From assembly GCF_057098645.1 (NCBI RefSeq), contig NZ_CM169472.1: DNA of 64,000 bases; one strand, written 5' to 3'. Both the position numbers and the translations under genes were made by a program. Under the pieces are notes generated by a model. It was given only the letters and a program-made list of their open reading frames with translations, had not been told where the DNA came from and searched no databases. The stretch's first letter is position 1. Each line of letters starts with the position of its first letter. Of this stretch, positions 21,967 to 32,729 are shown one piece after another.

Positions 21967-23076
21967 TCACTTGGCTGCCGTGGATGAACCGTCGGCGTGC
22001 CACTGGAAGACACCAAAATCAAATCCCTTAAGATCGCCTTTTTCATCCCAGTTCAGCGGCCCAATCACGGTGTTTGCACCGTTAGCTTTTAAATCTTTCA
22101 CCAGCGCCAGCGGCTCATCGCTGCCGGTACGCTCAAGGGCAGTTGCCAGAGATTGCACCGCCGCGTAGGTGATCCAGACATAAGGCCCGGACGGATCTTT
22201 CTTGTCTGCTTTCAGCGCATCAACGATGCCCTGGTTTGCCGGGTCCTGGTCATAGCGTTTTGGCATAGTGACCAACATGCCTTCGGCGGCTTCGCCAGCA
22301 ATGTTCGACAGCGACGCATTACCCACACCTTCCGGCCCCATAAACTGGGTTTTCAGGCCAACGGAACGGGCCTGGCGCAGCATCTGCCCCATTTCCGGGT
22401 AGTAACCGCCGTAGTAAACGAAGTCGATGTTTTCTTTTTTCAGGCGTGCGATCAGCGCGGAGAAATCTTTCTCGCCAGCGGTAATGCCGTCGAAGAAGAC
22501 GACATTGGCGTTAGCCGCTTTCAGCCCGTCCTGCACCGAACGCGCCAGCCCTTCGCCATACTGTTGTTTGTCGTGAATGATGGCGATGCGCTGGGGCTTC
22601 ACCGTCTCAAGAATGTATTTTGCCGCCGTTGGCCCCTGGGAAGAGTCCAGCCCGGCAGTACGCATAATGTGTTGATAACCGCGTTGGGTCAGCTCCGGGT
22701 TGGTCGCTCCCGGCGAGATCATCAGAATACCTTCGTCTTCATAGATATCTGACGCAGGCTGGGTAGAAGAAGAACACAGATGACCAATAACGTATTTAAT
22801 GCCGTCATTAACGATTTTGTTGGCGACCGCAACGGCTTGTTTCGGGTCGCAGGCGTCGTCATATTCCACGCCAACCAGCTTATCGCCTTTAATTCCCCCT
22901 TTGGCATTAATGTCTTTAATCGCCTGACGCGCGCCGTTAAATTCCATATCGCCCCACTGGGCAATCGGGCCGGACATCGCGCCGACAACGGCAACTTTAA
23001 TATCGTCGGCTAAAGCGGTGTGTGAAATTGCCAGTGCAATCATCCCTGCGATGATAGTTTTCGCATTCCGTTTCAT
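21967..23076 (-). CDS. livK: Leucine-specific periplasmic binding protein
   Basis: ORF track 21967..23130; start moved to [23 protein letters not shown] (signal peptide); paralogous to the livJ product at 24831. Confidence 0.9.
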   Translation of the reverse strand: MKRNAKTIIAGMIALAISHTALADDIKVAVVGAMSGPIAQWGDMEFNGARQAIKDINAKGGIKGDKLVGVEYDDACDPKQAVAVANKIVNDGIKYVIGHLCSSSTQPASDIYEDEGILMISPGATNPELTQRGYQHIMRTAGLDSSQGPTAAKYILETVKPQRIAIIHDKQQYGEGLARSVQDGLKAANANVVFFDGITAGEKDFSALIARLKKENIDFVYYGGYYPEMGQMLRQARSVGLKTQFMGPEGVGNASLSNIAGEAAEGMLVTMPKRYDQDPANQGIVDALKADKKDPSGPYVWITYAAVQSLATALERTGSDEPLALVKDLKANGANTVIGPLNWDEKGDLKGFDFGVFQWHADGSSTAAK

Positions 23077-23500
23077 AGTCAAAAATCCCCATTCGTGATG
23101 TTGTGTTGCTTTGTTTTTATGTGTTAACAAATCAGACTGTTCTTTTTTTATACTGCACTGTTTTTGCCTGTCTGATTAAGGGTTTAGCGCAGTATTTTGT
23201 GATAATAGCGATTAAAGTCCCTATTTTTCAGTCGATTAAGAACAGATAATATTCTGAATTTATTGATAGATAAACAGAAAAAAGTGCCTTTGTCAGCATA
23301 AAATAACGGCATAAAGGGCGGAATAATTCACTACCATTCAGGGGATTATGCTGGACATTTTTCATTCTCTAATGTTTTAACTTTGTAATTATTGCTGAAA
23401 AAAAAATTAATCACCTGCCAAAAGAAATAAAAAAGAGAAAGCCTCCGATTAAATTATTTCGTTACACTGGTTCCACTTTTGTGATTTACACGGGTTCCCC

Positions 23501-23884
23501 ATGAAGCTGACCATCATTCGATTAGAAAACTTTAGCGACCAGGACCGGATTGACCTGCAAAAGATCTGGCCGGAGTATTCCCCTTCCTCTTTACAGGTTG
23601 ACGATAACCACCGCATCTACGCCGCGCGTTTTAACGAGCGCCTGCTCGCTGCCGTACGGGTAACCTTAAGCGGCACCGAGGGAGCACTGGATTCCCTGCG
23701 CGTGCGGGAAGTCACTCGACGTCGCGGTGTGGGGCAATATCTGCTGGAAGAGGTTTTGCGTAACAATCCTGGCGTTTCATGCTGGTGGATGGCGGATGCA
23801 GGCGTGGAAGATCGCGGTGTGATGACGGCGTTTATGCAGGCGCTGGGGTTTACGGCACAGCAGGGCGGCTGGGAGAAGCGTTAA
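23501..23884 (+). CDS. panM: PanD maturation/regulatory factor (GNAT-like, 127 aa)
   Basis: MKLTIIRLENFSDQDRIDLQKIWPEYSPSSLQVDDNHRIYAARFNERLLAAVRV...; conserved position between livK and livJ. Confidence 0.85.
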   Translation: MKLTIIRLENFSDQDRIDLQKIWPEYSPSSLQVDDNHRIYAARFNERLLAAVRVTLSGTEGALDSLRVREVTRRRGVGQYLLEEVLRNNPGVSCWWMADAGVEDRGVMTAFMQALGFTAQQGGWEKR

Positions 23885-24408
23885 TCGCTCTGTGTAAAAA
23901 GCAGTTCAATGGATTTGGTTGGGAAAAATAACGCATTTTCGTTTTCCCCGACCAACGGGATAAAGCCCAGCGATTTATAAAACGTATGGGCTTTTTCATT
24001 CAGCGCCTCTACAAAAAGACCGTGAATACCTACTGCTAAAGAGGCTGACCAGACGACTTTCATGGCATGAGCAACCAGTGTTGCTCCCCATCCCTGCCCC
24101 TGTATTGAATGATCAATTGCCAGACGCCCAAGAGTGACGCTGGGAATATTTTTGTAGGGAATTTTTTTCTGTTTCGATTTCGAGGGCAATGCGGCTCGTT
24201 CAAAACAACTGCCGCATAATGTGTAATATCCCAGCACCTGACGTTCTGGAGTGTTGCGACAAAGGATATACGCTCGCAGAATTTTGTTGCGATGTTGACG
24301 AACGAGATGTGTCGTCAGAAAGAGATTTAACGCTTCCTCGCCGCAGTCGAATCGCTGTAGATCATAATCTGCATCATCGGTCAGAATCTCTATCGTCAGA
24401 TCATCCAT
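23881..24408 (-). CDS. GNAT-family toxin of a type II TA system (AtaT/TacT/ItaT-like aminoacyl-tRNA acetyltransferase)
   Basis: 175 aa; acetyl-CoA motif QGQGWGATLVAHAM; immediately downstream of, and 7 nt from, an RHH/DUF1778-like ORF; stop overlaps the panM stop convergently. Confidence 0.8.
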   Translation of the reverse strand: MDDLTIEILTDDADYDLQRFDCGEEALNLFLTTHLVRQHRNKILRAYILCRNTPERQVLGYYTLCGSCFERAALPSKSKQKKIPYKNIPSVTLGRLAIDHSIQGQGWGATLVAHAMKVVWSASLAVGIHGLFVEALNEKAHTFYKSLGFIPLVGENENALFFPTKSIELLFTQSD

Positions 24409-24414
24409 AAATTA

Positions 24415-24681
24415 TTACATTCCCTGAAGACGTTTTACCGCACGTTTTAGCTTTTCACCTGGTGACGGTGGATTACTCAGCGCATCCATCACCCGCGTCC
24501 AGGATTCCTCATTGAGGATCACCCGCCGATGCTGTTCAATCACTTCCGCAGCCCGCTGCGAAGCGCTGTTCAACATAAATTGGCTGACGGACTGATTAGA
24601 TATCGCTGCCGCTTCCTCAATCATACTTTTGTCATCGTCAGTTAAACGCAGATCGATACGCTGCTTTTTAACAGCAGACAT
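24415..24681 (-). CDS. DUF1778/RHH-type antitoxin (AtaR/TacA-like)
   Basis: 88 aa; typical antitoxin N-terminus (KKQRIDLRLTDDDKSMIEEAAAISNQSVSQFMLNSA); GGAGAG SD; first gene of the two-gene operon. Confidence 0.8.
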   Translation of the reverse strand: MSAVKKQRIDLRLTDDDKSMIEEAAAISNQSVSQFMLNSASQRAAEVIEQHRRVILNEESWTRVMDALSNPPSPGEKLKRAVKRLQGM

Positions 24682-24694
24682 GTGAACTCTCCTG

Positions 24695-24730
24695 CTCCGT
24701 ATAATATGTACGGCACATCACCGTACAATA
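24695..24730 (-). promoter_or_regulatory. Putative TA promoter with overlapping inverted repeats (candidate autoregulatory operator)
   Basis: Minus strand: TTGTAC - 16 nt - TATTAT with inverted repeats GTACGG...CCGTAC spanning the spacer, then the GGAGAG SD. Confidence 0.4.
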
Positions 24731-24773
24731 AGCATATCCTGGATTGTTTAATCTTTCTACAACCATTTCGACA

Positions 24774-24810
24774 AACATAAAAAAACCCGATGGACGTTAA
24801 GCGCATCGGG
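24774..24810 (-). terminator. Rho-independent terminator of livJ
   Basis: Minus-strand hairpin CCCGATG-(loop)-CATCGGG followed by TTTTTTT. Confidence 0.6.
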
Positions 24811-24830
24811 CATTTTCATTTATCTATCCG

Positions 24831-25934
24831 TTACTTCGCATCGGTCGCCGTGCCGTTGGCGTGCCAGTCAAACACACCGAACTCAAAGCCTTTCAGATCG
24901 CCTTTCTCATCCCAGGTCAGCGGTCCCATTACGGTATCCACGGAGTTCGCTTTCAGGTATTTGGCGATTTCAGCCGGATCGTCAGACTGATTCAGGCCCG
25001 CCTGCAAAGATTGCAGCGCGGCGTAGGTGGTCCAAACGAATGCGCCGCTTGGGTCCTGTTTTTTCGCTTTGATCGCATCAACAATGGGTTTGTTTGCCGG
25101 AACCTGATCGTAGTTCTTCGGCTTGGTCACCAGCAGCCCTTCCGCTGACTCGCCCGCAATGTTAGACAGCGAGACGTTAGCCACGCCTTCCGGCCCCATA
25201 AACTGAGTTTTCAACCCTGCCGCGCGTGCCTGACGCAGGATTTGCCCCATTTCCGGGTGATAACCGCCGTAGTAAACGAAGTCGATATTCTCTTTTTTCA
25301 GACGCGCCACCAGCGTTGAGAAATCTTTTTCCCCGGCGGTGATGCCATCAAAGAACACCACGTTAGCATTGCCTTTCTTCAGGCCGTCCTGCACCGCACG
25401 CGCCAGACCTTCGCCGTATTGCTGTTTGTCGTGAACGATAGCAATACGCTGCGGTTTCACTTTCTCAAGAATATATTTCGCCGCCGTCGGCCCCTGGTCG
25501 GAGTCCAGGCCGGTGGTGCGCAGGATCAGCTGATAGCCACGGGCGGTCAGCTCCGGCGCGGTTGCCGCTGGGGTGATCATTAAAATGCCTTCGTCTTCGT
25601 AGATGTCAGACGCAGGCTGCGTTGATGAAGAACAGAGGTGACCAATCACATATTTAATGCCGTCGTTAACGACTTTGTTCGCCACCGCAACCGCCTGTTT
25701 CGGGTCACAGGCATCGTCATATTTTACGATTTGCAGTTTGTTGCCTTTAATGCCGCCTTTAGCGTTGATATCCGCAACCGCCTGCTCTGCGCCGGTAAAC
25801 TCCTGGTCACCGTACTGCGCAACCGGACCGGACATTGCGCCCACGACCGCGACTTTAATATCTTCTGCCAGAGCCATATTGCTGAATGCCAGCGCGATAC
25901 ATCCTGCCAGTAACGCTTTACCCTTTATGTTCAT
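24831..25934 (-). CDS. livJ: Leu/Ile/Val-binding periplasmic protein
   Basis: ORF track 24831..25991; start moved to [23 protein letters not shown]. Confidence 0.9.
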   Translation of the reverse strand: MNIKGKALLAGCIALAFSNMALAEDIKVAVVGAMSGPVAQYGDQEFTGAEQAVADINAKGGIKGNKLQIVKYDDACDPKQAVAVANKVVNDGIKYVIGHLCSSSTQPASDIYEDEGILMITPAATAPELTARGYQLILRTTGLDSDQGPTAAKYILEKVKPQRIAIVHDKQQYGEGLARAVQDGLKKGNANVVFFDGITAGEKDFSTLVARLKKENIDFVYYGGYHPEMGQILRQARAAGLKTQFMGPEGVANVSLSNIAGESAEGLLVTKPKNYDQVPANKPIVDAIKAKKQDPSGAFVWTTYAALQSLQAGLNQSDDPAEIAKYLKANSVDTVMGPLTWDEKGDLKGFEFGVFDWHANGTATDAK

Positions 25935-26149
25935 CCTGAGAATCCCCATTCTTCTGGTTATTACGTGTGTTGTGATGTTGTTGTTCAGCACTTTATTTCG
26001 TTTTATGCATGACTACCCGTGCTTTAGCAGCATACTCTGCTAAAACATACCCGATTTTTATGATATTGGAATAGCTATTTTGACAGTTTATTAACAATCT
26101 GCGTGGGGATTGGCGTTTTGCCGGAGGGGAAATTGATTATTGTAGAGGC

Positions 26150-26190
26150 CCAAAAAACAAAAACCCCGGACTCGCATCCAGGGTTCTCTG
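26150..26190 (-). terminator. Rho-independent terminator of rpoH
   Basis: Minus-strand RNA GAACCCUGG-AUGCGAGU-CCGGGGUU followed by UUUUUGUUUUUU. Confidence 0.65.
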
Positions 26191-26204
26191 CTTTATAGCG
26201 GAAA

Positions 26205-27059
26205 TTACGCTTCTATAGCAGCGCGCAGTTTTTTCATCGCGTTCTTTTCCAGCTGGCGTACACGTTCAGCGGAAACACCGTAACGGTCAGCCAGTTCCTG
26301 CAACGTGGACTTGTTGTCTTCGTCCAGCCAGCGCGCGCGGATGATGTCCTGGCTGCGTTCGTCCAGCCCCTGCATCGCGTCGGTCAGACGGTTTGCTGCC
26401 TGCTCTTCCCAGTTATCATCTTCAATGCCGTCGGCAAAGTTAGATGATTTATCCTGCAGATAGAGCACCGGTGCCATCGGTTGGCTATCGGAATCGTCGT
26501 CGGAAGACAGGTCAAAGGTCATGTCCTGTGCCGCCATACGTGATTCCATCTCACGTACGTCTTTGCTGGTTACGCCCAGTTCACGGGCCACCATTTCGAC
26601 TTCATCCTGGTTAAACCAGCCCAGACGCTGCTTGGTTTTACGCAGGTTGAAGAACAGTTTGCGCTGCGCTTTGGTGGTCGCAACTTTGACGATACGCCAG
26701 TTACGCAGAACGTATTCGTGGATCTCTGCTTTGATCCAGTGAACGGCGAAGGAGACCAGGCGCACACCCACTTCCGGGTTGAAACGGCGCACTGCTTTCA
26801 TCAGGCCGATGTTACCTTCCTGAATCAAATCCGCCTGTGGCAGGCCATAGCCCGCATAATTACGAGCAATATGAACAACAAACCGCAGGTGAGACAGGAT
26901 CAGCGTTTTAGCTGCTTCCAGATCGCCATGGTAATGCAGCTTTTCAGCCAGCGCCCGCTCCTCGTCAGCCGACAACATCGGCCACGCGTTAGCTGCCCGG
27001 ATGTAGGAATCCAGGTTGCCAACTGGGGCTAAAGCTAAACTTTGCATTTTGTCAGTCAT
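26205..27059 (-). CDS. rpoH: RNA polymerase sigma-32 (heat-shock sigma factor)
   Basis: 284 aa; [93 protein letters not shown]... sigma-70 family regions 2-4. Confidence 0.95.
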   Translation of the reverse strand: MTDKMQSLALAPVGNLDSYIRAANAWPMLSADEERALAEKLHYHGDLEAAKTLILSHLRFVVHIARNYAGYGLPQADLIQEGNIGLMKAVRRFNPEVGVRLVSFAVHWIKAEIHEYVLRNWRIVKVATTKAQRKLFFNLRKTKQRLGWFNQDEVEMVARELGVTSKDVREMESRMAAQDMTFDLSSDDDSDSQPMAPVLYLQDKSSNFADGIEDDNWEEQAANRLTDAMQGLDERSQDIIRARWLDEDNKSTLQELADRYGVSAERVRQLEKNAMKKLRAAIEA

Positions 27060-27300
27060 TCAAATCCTCTCAATCGATATCTTCTGGCGCTTCAGTGGTA
27101 GCAACAACTGTGCCAGAGCTTAAGAGCAACGAGGTTATCATTCACTGTTTTATCAGACCGTGATTTTATCCACAAGTTCAATGCAAGCTTGTGAATAAAT
27201 TACGCACAAAATGTGACATAGAGATGAAATACCGGGAAGAGACAACGGGGTCTCTCTCCCTGCTACGGAACCCATTGCAGGGAAAGAGTATAACACGCTT
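27060..27300 (-). promoter_or_regulatory. rpoH multi-promoter leader region
   Basis: Non-coding spacer between ftsX stop and rpoH start; rpoH is known to have several tandem promoters here (established knowledge, individual elements not mapped). Confidence 0.4.
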
Positions 27301-27303
27301 TTA

Positions 27304-28362
27304 TTATTCAGGCGTAAAGTGGCGTAAATGTTGTACAGTGGCAAGCCACGCTGCCACCCAGCCAATCATCGAGCATACCAGCAGCAATAGCAGGCATTCA
27401 TCGAACGATAAGCCATTGATATCAAACTTCGTTCCGAAAACCTGTGCCACTTCCGCAACCGCCGATGACAATCGCAGTACCAGAATTTCTGACAAAATTA
27501 GTGACAACAATGCGCCAGAAAACCCCAGCAATGCGCCACCGTACAGGAACGGGCGCAGGATGAAACCATCCGTTGCACCAATCAGTTTCTGCACGTTAAT
27601 GGAGTCACGACGAGCAAAGATACTCAGACGGACACTGTTACCGATGACGAGGAACACTGCCGCCACCATCAACACGCCGATCACCGCCGAAACGCGCCCG
27701 ACCAGCCCGGTCAACGCCGCCAGACGGGCAAACCAGCTGTCATCCATCCGCACTTCGTCAATGCCGTTAATCTGCGTGATACGATCACGCAGCGTATTGA
27801 GTGATTCCGTACCCTGGAAATCGAGTTTCGGGATCACCACCGCCACTGCCGGAAGCGGGTTTTCTTCCAGCATATCCAGCGCACCACCAAAACCAGACCA
27901 GTTACGGAACTCGCCCAGTGCGTCTTCACGAGAAAGATAGTTCACTTTCTCCACGCCTTGCTCGGCCTGCAACTGTGCCACCACGCCCGCAGCGGCGTCA
28001 TCGTCCAGCGTTTTTTGCAGATAAACAGTGATTTGCGGTGACGGATAATACTGCGTCGCCGCCTGGTTAACGTTTTTGTACACCATATAACAGACACTGG
28101 GCAGCGTCAGGGAGATGGCGATAACCATCACCGTTAAAAACGTGGCGAACGGTTTGCTTTTCAGATCCTGCAATGCGCCGTGGAAGGCATAGCGCACCTG
28201 TTCGTTGAAAACGTTGGTTTTGCGATTTACCGGTTTTGGCGAGGATTTCGCGCGTTTCGGTGCGTTACGACCGCCGTCGCCTGAGCCGCCGACCGATTTA
28301 CGGAAGCGATCAAGACGCCCGCCAAACTGCCGAATATGATTGATTGCATCGCGCTTATTCAT
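27304..28362 (-). CDS. ftsX: Cell-division ABC-transporter-like permease
   Basis: ORF track 27304..28389; start moved to [15 protein letters not shown]; 4-TM FtsX fold. Confidence 0.9.
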   Translation of the reverse strand: MNKRDAINHIRQFGGRLDRFRKSVGGSGDGGRNAPKRAKSSPKPVNRKTNVFNEQVRYAFHGALQDLKSKPFATFLTVMVIAISLTLPSVCYMVYKNVNQAATQYYPSPQITVYLQKTLDDDAAAGVVAQLQAEQGVEKVNYLSREDALGEFRNWSGFGGALDMLEENPLPAVAVVIPKLDFQGTESLNTLRDRITQINGIDEVRMDDSWFARLAALTGLVGRVSAVIGVLMVAAVFLVIGNSVRLSIFARRDSINVQKLIGATDGFILRPFLYGGALLGFSGALLSLILSEILVLRLSSAVAEVAQVFGTKFDINGLSFDECLLLLLVCSMIGWVAAWLATVQHLRHFTPE

Positions 28363-29023
28363 GGCCCACGCCTCCATGCAAGTGACCATCGCTCAGGGTG
28401 AGCATGCGATAGGAACGCCGTGAAATCAGGTTGATGTCGTGCGTTGCCATCAATACGGTTACCCCAACGCGGTTAAACTCTTCAAACAGACGTAGAATCC
28501 CTTCCGACAACGCGTCGTCCAGGTTACCAGTCGGTTCGTCCGCCAGCAGTACCGCGGGCTTATTCACCACCGCGCGGGCAATGCCAACACGCTGTTGTTC
28601 ACCGCCCGAAAGCTGAATAGGGAAGTTCTTCGCTTTGTCCAGTAGCCCGACTTTATCCAGTGCCGCCGACACCCGGCGACGAATATCGTCACCGCTGGCA
28701 CCGGCGATAATCAGCGGGATCGCCACGTTATCGTAGACAGTACGGTCCATCAGTAGATGGTGATCCTGGAAAATCATGCCAATCTGGCGGCGCAGAAACG
28801 GAACTTCACGGTTTTTCAGACGCGTGATGTCATGGCCGCTAAACCAGATTTTCCCGGCGCTGGGCCGCTCAATCCCACAGATCAGCTTCAGGAGGGTACT
28901 TTTCCCTGCGCCGGAATGACCGGTCAGAAACGCCATCTCACCCGGCTGCATATGGAACGTAACGCCCTGCAGCGCCTGTCTCCCACCGAGATAAGCCTTG
29001 CTGACATGTTCAAAGCGAATCAT
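28355..29023 (-). CDS. ftsE: Cell-division ATP-binding protein
   Basis: 222 aa; Walker [10 protein letters not shown], signature LSGGEQQR. Confidence 0.9.
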   Translation of the reverse strand: MIRFEHVSKAYLGGRQALQGVTFHMQPGEMAFLTGHSGAGKSTLLKLICGIERPSAGKIWFSGHDITRLKNREVPFLRRQIGMIFQDHHLLMDRTVYDNVAIPLIIAGASGDDIRRRVSAALDKVGLLDKAKNFPIQLSGGEQQRVGIARAVVNKPAVLLADEPTGNLDDALSEGILRLFEEFNRVGVTVLMATHDINLISRRSYRMLTLSDGHLHGGVGHE

Positions 29024-29025
29024 TG

Positions 29026-30522
29026 TTAATCCTCTCGGGCAAAAAGTGCCTCTATAAAGTCGTCCGCCTTAAACGGACGCAAATCCTCAATACGTTCGCC
29101 GACACCAATGTAGCGGATAGGGATACCAAACTGGTCAGCCACCGAGAAAATTACCCCGCCTTTCGCCGTGCCGTCCAGTTTCGTTAGCGTGATGCCGGTT
29201 AAGCCAACAGCTTCGTGGAACAGTTTGGCCTGGCTTACCGCGTTCTGCCCGGTGCTGGCATCAATAGTCAGCATAACTTCATGCGGCGCTTCAACGTCGA
29301 GTTTCTTCATCACGCGGACGATTTTCTTCAACTCTTCCATCAGATGCGATTTGTTCTGCAGACGTCCGGCGGTATCGGCAATCAGGACGTCGATATTACG
29401 CGCTTTAGCTGCCTGAATGGCGTCGAAGATAACAGAGGCGGAATCCGCACCGGTATGCTGGGCAATCACCGGAATATTGTTGCGCTGACCCCAGACCTGA
29501 AGCTGTTCAACCGCTGCTGCACGGAAAGTATCGCCCGCCGCCAGCATCACCGATTTACCCTGCTGCTCAAACTGACGTGCCAGCTTACCAATCGTCGTGG
29601 TTTTACCCACACCGTTGACGCCCACCATCAGGATCACGAACGGCGTTTTACCTTCAACATTCAGCGGCTCATCGACTTTCGCCAGAATCTCGCCCATCTC
29701 TTCTTTCAGCAGGCCATAGAGCGCCTCGGCATCACGAAGCTGCTTGCGGGATGCGCCTTCCGTCAGATTGGTGATAATTTTACGTGTAGTTTCCACGCCC
29801 ACATCGGCGATCAACAACTGTTCTTCCAGCTCTTCAAACAGATCATCGTCGATTTTTTTACCGCGGAACAGGCTGATAAATCCGGAACCGAGATTTTCTT
29901 TGGTTTTTAACAGGCTGCGTTTCAGGCGCGCGAAAAAACCTTCTTTGGTCGGTTTTTCCTGCTCCTGAGCGATTTCTTCCACCGGCTGCTCTTCTTCTGC
30001 CGGAGGAACCACCATCACCGCCTCTTCTGCCGCTTCGGCAGCCAGCGCCTGTGTTTCCAGCTCTTCGTCGGTAATTTCTTCTTTAGCCGCTTCTTCTTCC
30101 GCCGCTTCGACAATCTCTACGGTTTCCGCTTCAGCCTGCCACTCTTCTGGCGAAACCTCTTCGGCGTTGACGTCTTCCGGCAACGGCAGCTCTTCACGCT
30201 CGATAGCCACTGGCTCCGGCATTTCTTCTACGACCGGTTCCGGCTGTGCAACGACTTCCGCTTCAGGCTGCGCTTTTTCACTTTCAGCTACCTGTTCAGT
30301 GACTTCCACAACTTCGGCAGCAAAAGTTTCCGCCTCGGCTTCAGTATGCGCCTGCGGCTGCTCTTCAACGGCTTGTTCAGAAGCCTTCACAGGCTCTTGC
30401 GCCTGAACGATTTCTTCTACAACCGGTTGTTCATTCTGAACTTCTGTCTCTTTTTCCGGGGTCTGCTCTTTTTGACCAAAGCCCAGCCAGGAAAAAAAGC
30501 CACGTTTTTTTTCTTTCGCCAT
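29026..30522 (-). CDS. ftsY: Signal recognition particle receptor
   Basis: 498 aa; acidic E/A-rich N-terminal domain, NG domain with GVNGVGKTT and DTAGR motifs. Confidence 0.9.
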   Translation of the reverse strand: MAKEKKRGFFSWLGFGQKEQTPEKETEVQNEQPVVEEIVQAQEPVKASEQAVEEQPQAHTEAEAETFAAEVVEVTEQVAESEKAQPEAEVVAQPEPVVEEMPEPVAIEREELPLPEDVNAEEVSPEEWQAEAETVEIVEAAEEEAAKEEITDEELETQALAAEAAEEAVMVVPPAEEEQPVEEIAQEQEKPTKEGFFARLKRSLLKTKENLGSGFISLFRGKKIDDDLFEELEEQLLIADVGVETTRKIITNLTEGASRKQLRDAEALYGLLKEEMGEILAKVDEPLNVEGKTPFVILMVGVNGVGKTTTIGKLARQFEQQGKSVMLAAGDTFRAAAVEQLQVWGQRNNIPVIAQHTGADSASVIFDAIQAAKARNIDVLIADTAGRLQNKSHLMEELKKIVRVMKKLDVEAPHEVMLTIDASTGQNAVSQAKLFHEAVGLTGITLTKLDGTAKGGVIFSVADQFGIPIRYIGVGERIEDLRPFKADDFIEALFARED

Positions 30523-30671
30523 TTGCGACTACACTCCTCGCTGTTGCTTCATGGCACAGCGTTAACGCTATGTACATAGCAGCTAAAAAAATGATGAAAT
30601 AGTCTATCACTTAACTTAATTCACATCACCGCCTGCAAGTATGTGTTATCTGGCGGATTGAGCAATTTATC

Positions 30672-31268
30672 ATGAAAAAACCGAATCATTCCGGCAGCGG
30701 CCAAATCCGCATTATTGGCGGGCAGTGGCGAGGCCGTAAACTACCGGTTCCTGATAGCCCAGGTCTGCGCCCCACCACCGACCGCGTACGCGAAACGTTG
30801 TTTAACTGGCTGGCTCCGGTCATTGTTGACGCCCAATGTCTGGATTGCTTCGCCGGGAGCGGCGCGCTGGGGCTGGAAGCGTTATCGCGCTATGCTGCGG
30901 GGGCCACGTTGATTGAGATGGATCGCGCGGTTTCTCAGCAGTTAATTAAGAATCTGGCGACACTAAAAGCAGGCAATGCACGCGTGGTGAACAGCAACGC
31001 GATGTCATTCCTGGCGCAAAAAGGCACACCGCATAATATCGTGTTTGTCGATCCACCGTTCCGCCGTGGCTTGTTAGAAGAGACGATAAATTTACTGGAA
31101 GATAACGGCTGGCTGGCTGACGAATCCCTGATTTATGTCGAAAGCGAAGTCGAAAACGGTCTGCCCACCGTTCCGGCAAACTGGTCATTGCATCGGGAAA
31201 AAGTGGCGGGTCAGGTGGCTTATCGGCTGTATCAACGCGAAGCACAAGGAGAAAGTGATGCTGATTAA
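30672..31268 (+). CDS. rsmD: 16S rRNA (guanine966-N2)-methyltransferase
   Basis: 198 aa; SAM motif region (LDCFAGSGALGLEALSRYA) and DPPF motif. Confidence 0.85.
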   Translation: MKKPNHSGSGQIRIIGGQWRGRKLPVPDSPGLRPTTDRVRETLFNWLAPVIVDAQCLDCFAGSGALGLEALSRYAAGATLIEMDRAVSQQLIKNLATLKAGNARVVNSNAMSFLAQKGTPHNIVFVDPPFRRGLLEETINLLEDNGWLADESLIYVESEVENGLPTVPANWSLHREKVAGQVAYRLYQREAQGESDAD

Positions 31269-31527
31269 TATTGGACGTTTGTTAATGCTCTGCGTTTGGG
31301 GATTTTTAATCCTCAACCTGGTGCATCCCTTCCCGCGCCCGCTGAATATTTTCGTTAACGTGGCGCTGATTTTTACCGTGCTGATGCATGGTATGCAGCT
31401 GGCGCTATTGAAATCCACTTTACCGAAAGATGGCCCGCAGATGACCACCGCCGAAAAGGTGCGGATTTTCCTTTTCGGCGTGTTTGAACTGCTGGTCTGG
31501 CAGAAGAAATTTAAAGTTAAAAAATAA
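31258..31527 (+). CDS. yhhL: Small inner-membrane protein (DUF1145, 89 aa)
   Basis: ATG 31258 overlapping the rsmD stop; MLINIGRLLMLCVWGFLILNLVHPF... Confidence 0.7.
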   Translation: MLINIGRLLMLCVWGFLILNLVHPFPRPLNIFVNVALIFTVLMHGMQLALLKSTLPKDGPQMTTAEKVRIFLFGVFELLVWQKKFKVKK

Positions 31528-31529
31528 CC

Positions 31530-31889
31530 TTATTGTTCGCCAACAAAGCTAACAAAGCGCGTTCCTTTATAGCTCAGCGTACCTTTATCGCCCACTGTCA
31601 GGGCGTGGTACTGCTGGGCGTCGAGGCGAAACGTCTGCTCCATTCCTCCGCTTTGCGGTTTGAAGCTTGCCTCATAGCGCATACTGGTGCCTGCCGGAGT
31701 CACTTCCTGCTGACGCGAACGGCGATCGTTAATCGGTTTTTCCCGCTTGTTGCTCACCACCACCAGCTTTTGCTGGAGCGGTGCCATATCATTATCAGCT
31801 TTTTCCCGTCGCTGTTGCATAAAACGAAACGATGCGGCGACGATGATTAAGCCAATGATAACAATAAAGAAAAGAGGTGGTTTGCTCAT
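31530..31889 (-). CDS. yhhM: DUF2500 membrane-anchored protein
   Basis: 119 aa ORF with N-terminal TM segment MSKPPLFFIVIIGLIIVAASF. Confidence 0.75.
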   Translation of the reverse strand: MSKPPLFFIVIIGLIIVAASFRFMQQRREKADNDMAPLQQKLVVVSNKREKPINDRRSRQQEVTPAGTSMRYEASFKPQSGGMEQTFRLDAQQYHALTVGDKGTLSYKGTRFVSFVGEQ

Positions 31890-32029
31890 CTTTATCCCTC
31901 ATCGGAAAATGCGGAATTAAGCATACCCTGCCAGTTATGGTGTTGTCATCCGTCCACCCTCGCCACTAAACTGGAAGCAAGACCGTAGGCATTCCGCCTA
32001 CGAAAAAATAACGAATTCAAGGAACTAAG

Positions 32030-32656
32030 ATGCTTTGGTCGTTTATCGCTGTCTGTCTTTCCGCATGGCTATCTGTGGATGCATCGTATCGTGGGCCAAC
32101 CTGGCAACGCTGGGTGTTTAAACCGTTAACCCTTCTTCTCCTGTTGTTACTGGCCTGGCAAGCGCCGATGTTCGACGCCATTAGCTATCTGGTGCTGGCG
32201 GGGCTGTGCGCCTCACTGCTGGGCGATGCGCTAACCCTGTTGCCACGTCAACGTCTGATGTACGCCATCGGCGCGTTTTTCCTCTCGCACCTGCTGTACA
32301 CCATCTATTTCGCCAGTCAGATGACGCTCTCTTTCTTCTGGCCTCTGCCACTGGTGTTGCTGGTTCTGGGCGCGCTGTTACTGGCGATTATCTGGACGCG
32401 GCTGGAAGAGTATCGTTGGCCCATCTGCACGTTTATCGGCATGACGCTGGTGATGGTGTGGCTGGCAGGTGAACTGTGGTTCTTCCGTCCGACCGCTCCG
32501 GCACTCTCTGCGTTTGTCGGCGCTTCGTTGCTGTTTATCAGTAACTTTGTCTGGCTGGGTAGCCACTATCGCCGACGCTTCCGTGCGGATAACGCGATTA
32601 CTGCGGCCTGCTACTTTGCCGGTCACTTCCTCATCGTCCGCTCGCTGTATCTCTGA
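32030..32656 (+). CDS. yhhN: YhhN-family integral membrane protein (putative lysoplasmalogenase-like)
   Basis: 208 aa polytopic membrane ORF. Confidence 0.75.
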   Translation: MLWSFIAVCLSAWLSVDASYRGPTWQRWVFKPLTLLLLLLLAWQAPMFDAISYLVLAGLCASLLGDALTLLPRQRLMYAIGAFFLSHLLYTIYFASQMTLSFFWPLPLVLLVLGALLLAIIWTRLEEYRWPICTFIGMTLVMVWLAGELWFFRPTAPALSAFVGASLLFISNFVWLGSHYRRRFRADNAITAACYFAGHFLIVRSLYL

Positions 32657-32662
32657 TAAAAC

Positions 32663-32695
32663 TTGACTCTGGAGTCGACTCCAGAGTGTATCCTT
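32663..32695 (+). promoter_or_regulatory. zntA promoter with ZntR (MerR-type) operator
   Basis: TTGACT then the palindrome ACTCTGGAGTCGACTCCAGAGT inside a long (about 20 bp) spacer, typical of MerR-family promoters. Confidence 0.55.
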
Positions 32696-32729
32696 CGGTT
32701 AATGAGAAAAAACTTAACCGGAGGATGCC

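Noticed and set aside
29750-30500. Repetitive E/A/V/Q-rich low-complexity stretch that looks like a tandem repeat region
   Set aside because: It is the acidic N-terminal domain of ftsY read on the minus strand; the plus-strand Ser/Thr-rich ORFs (30167..30406 and others) are antisense artefacts
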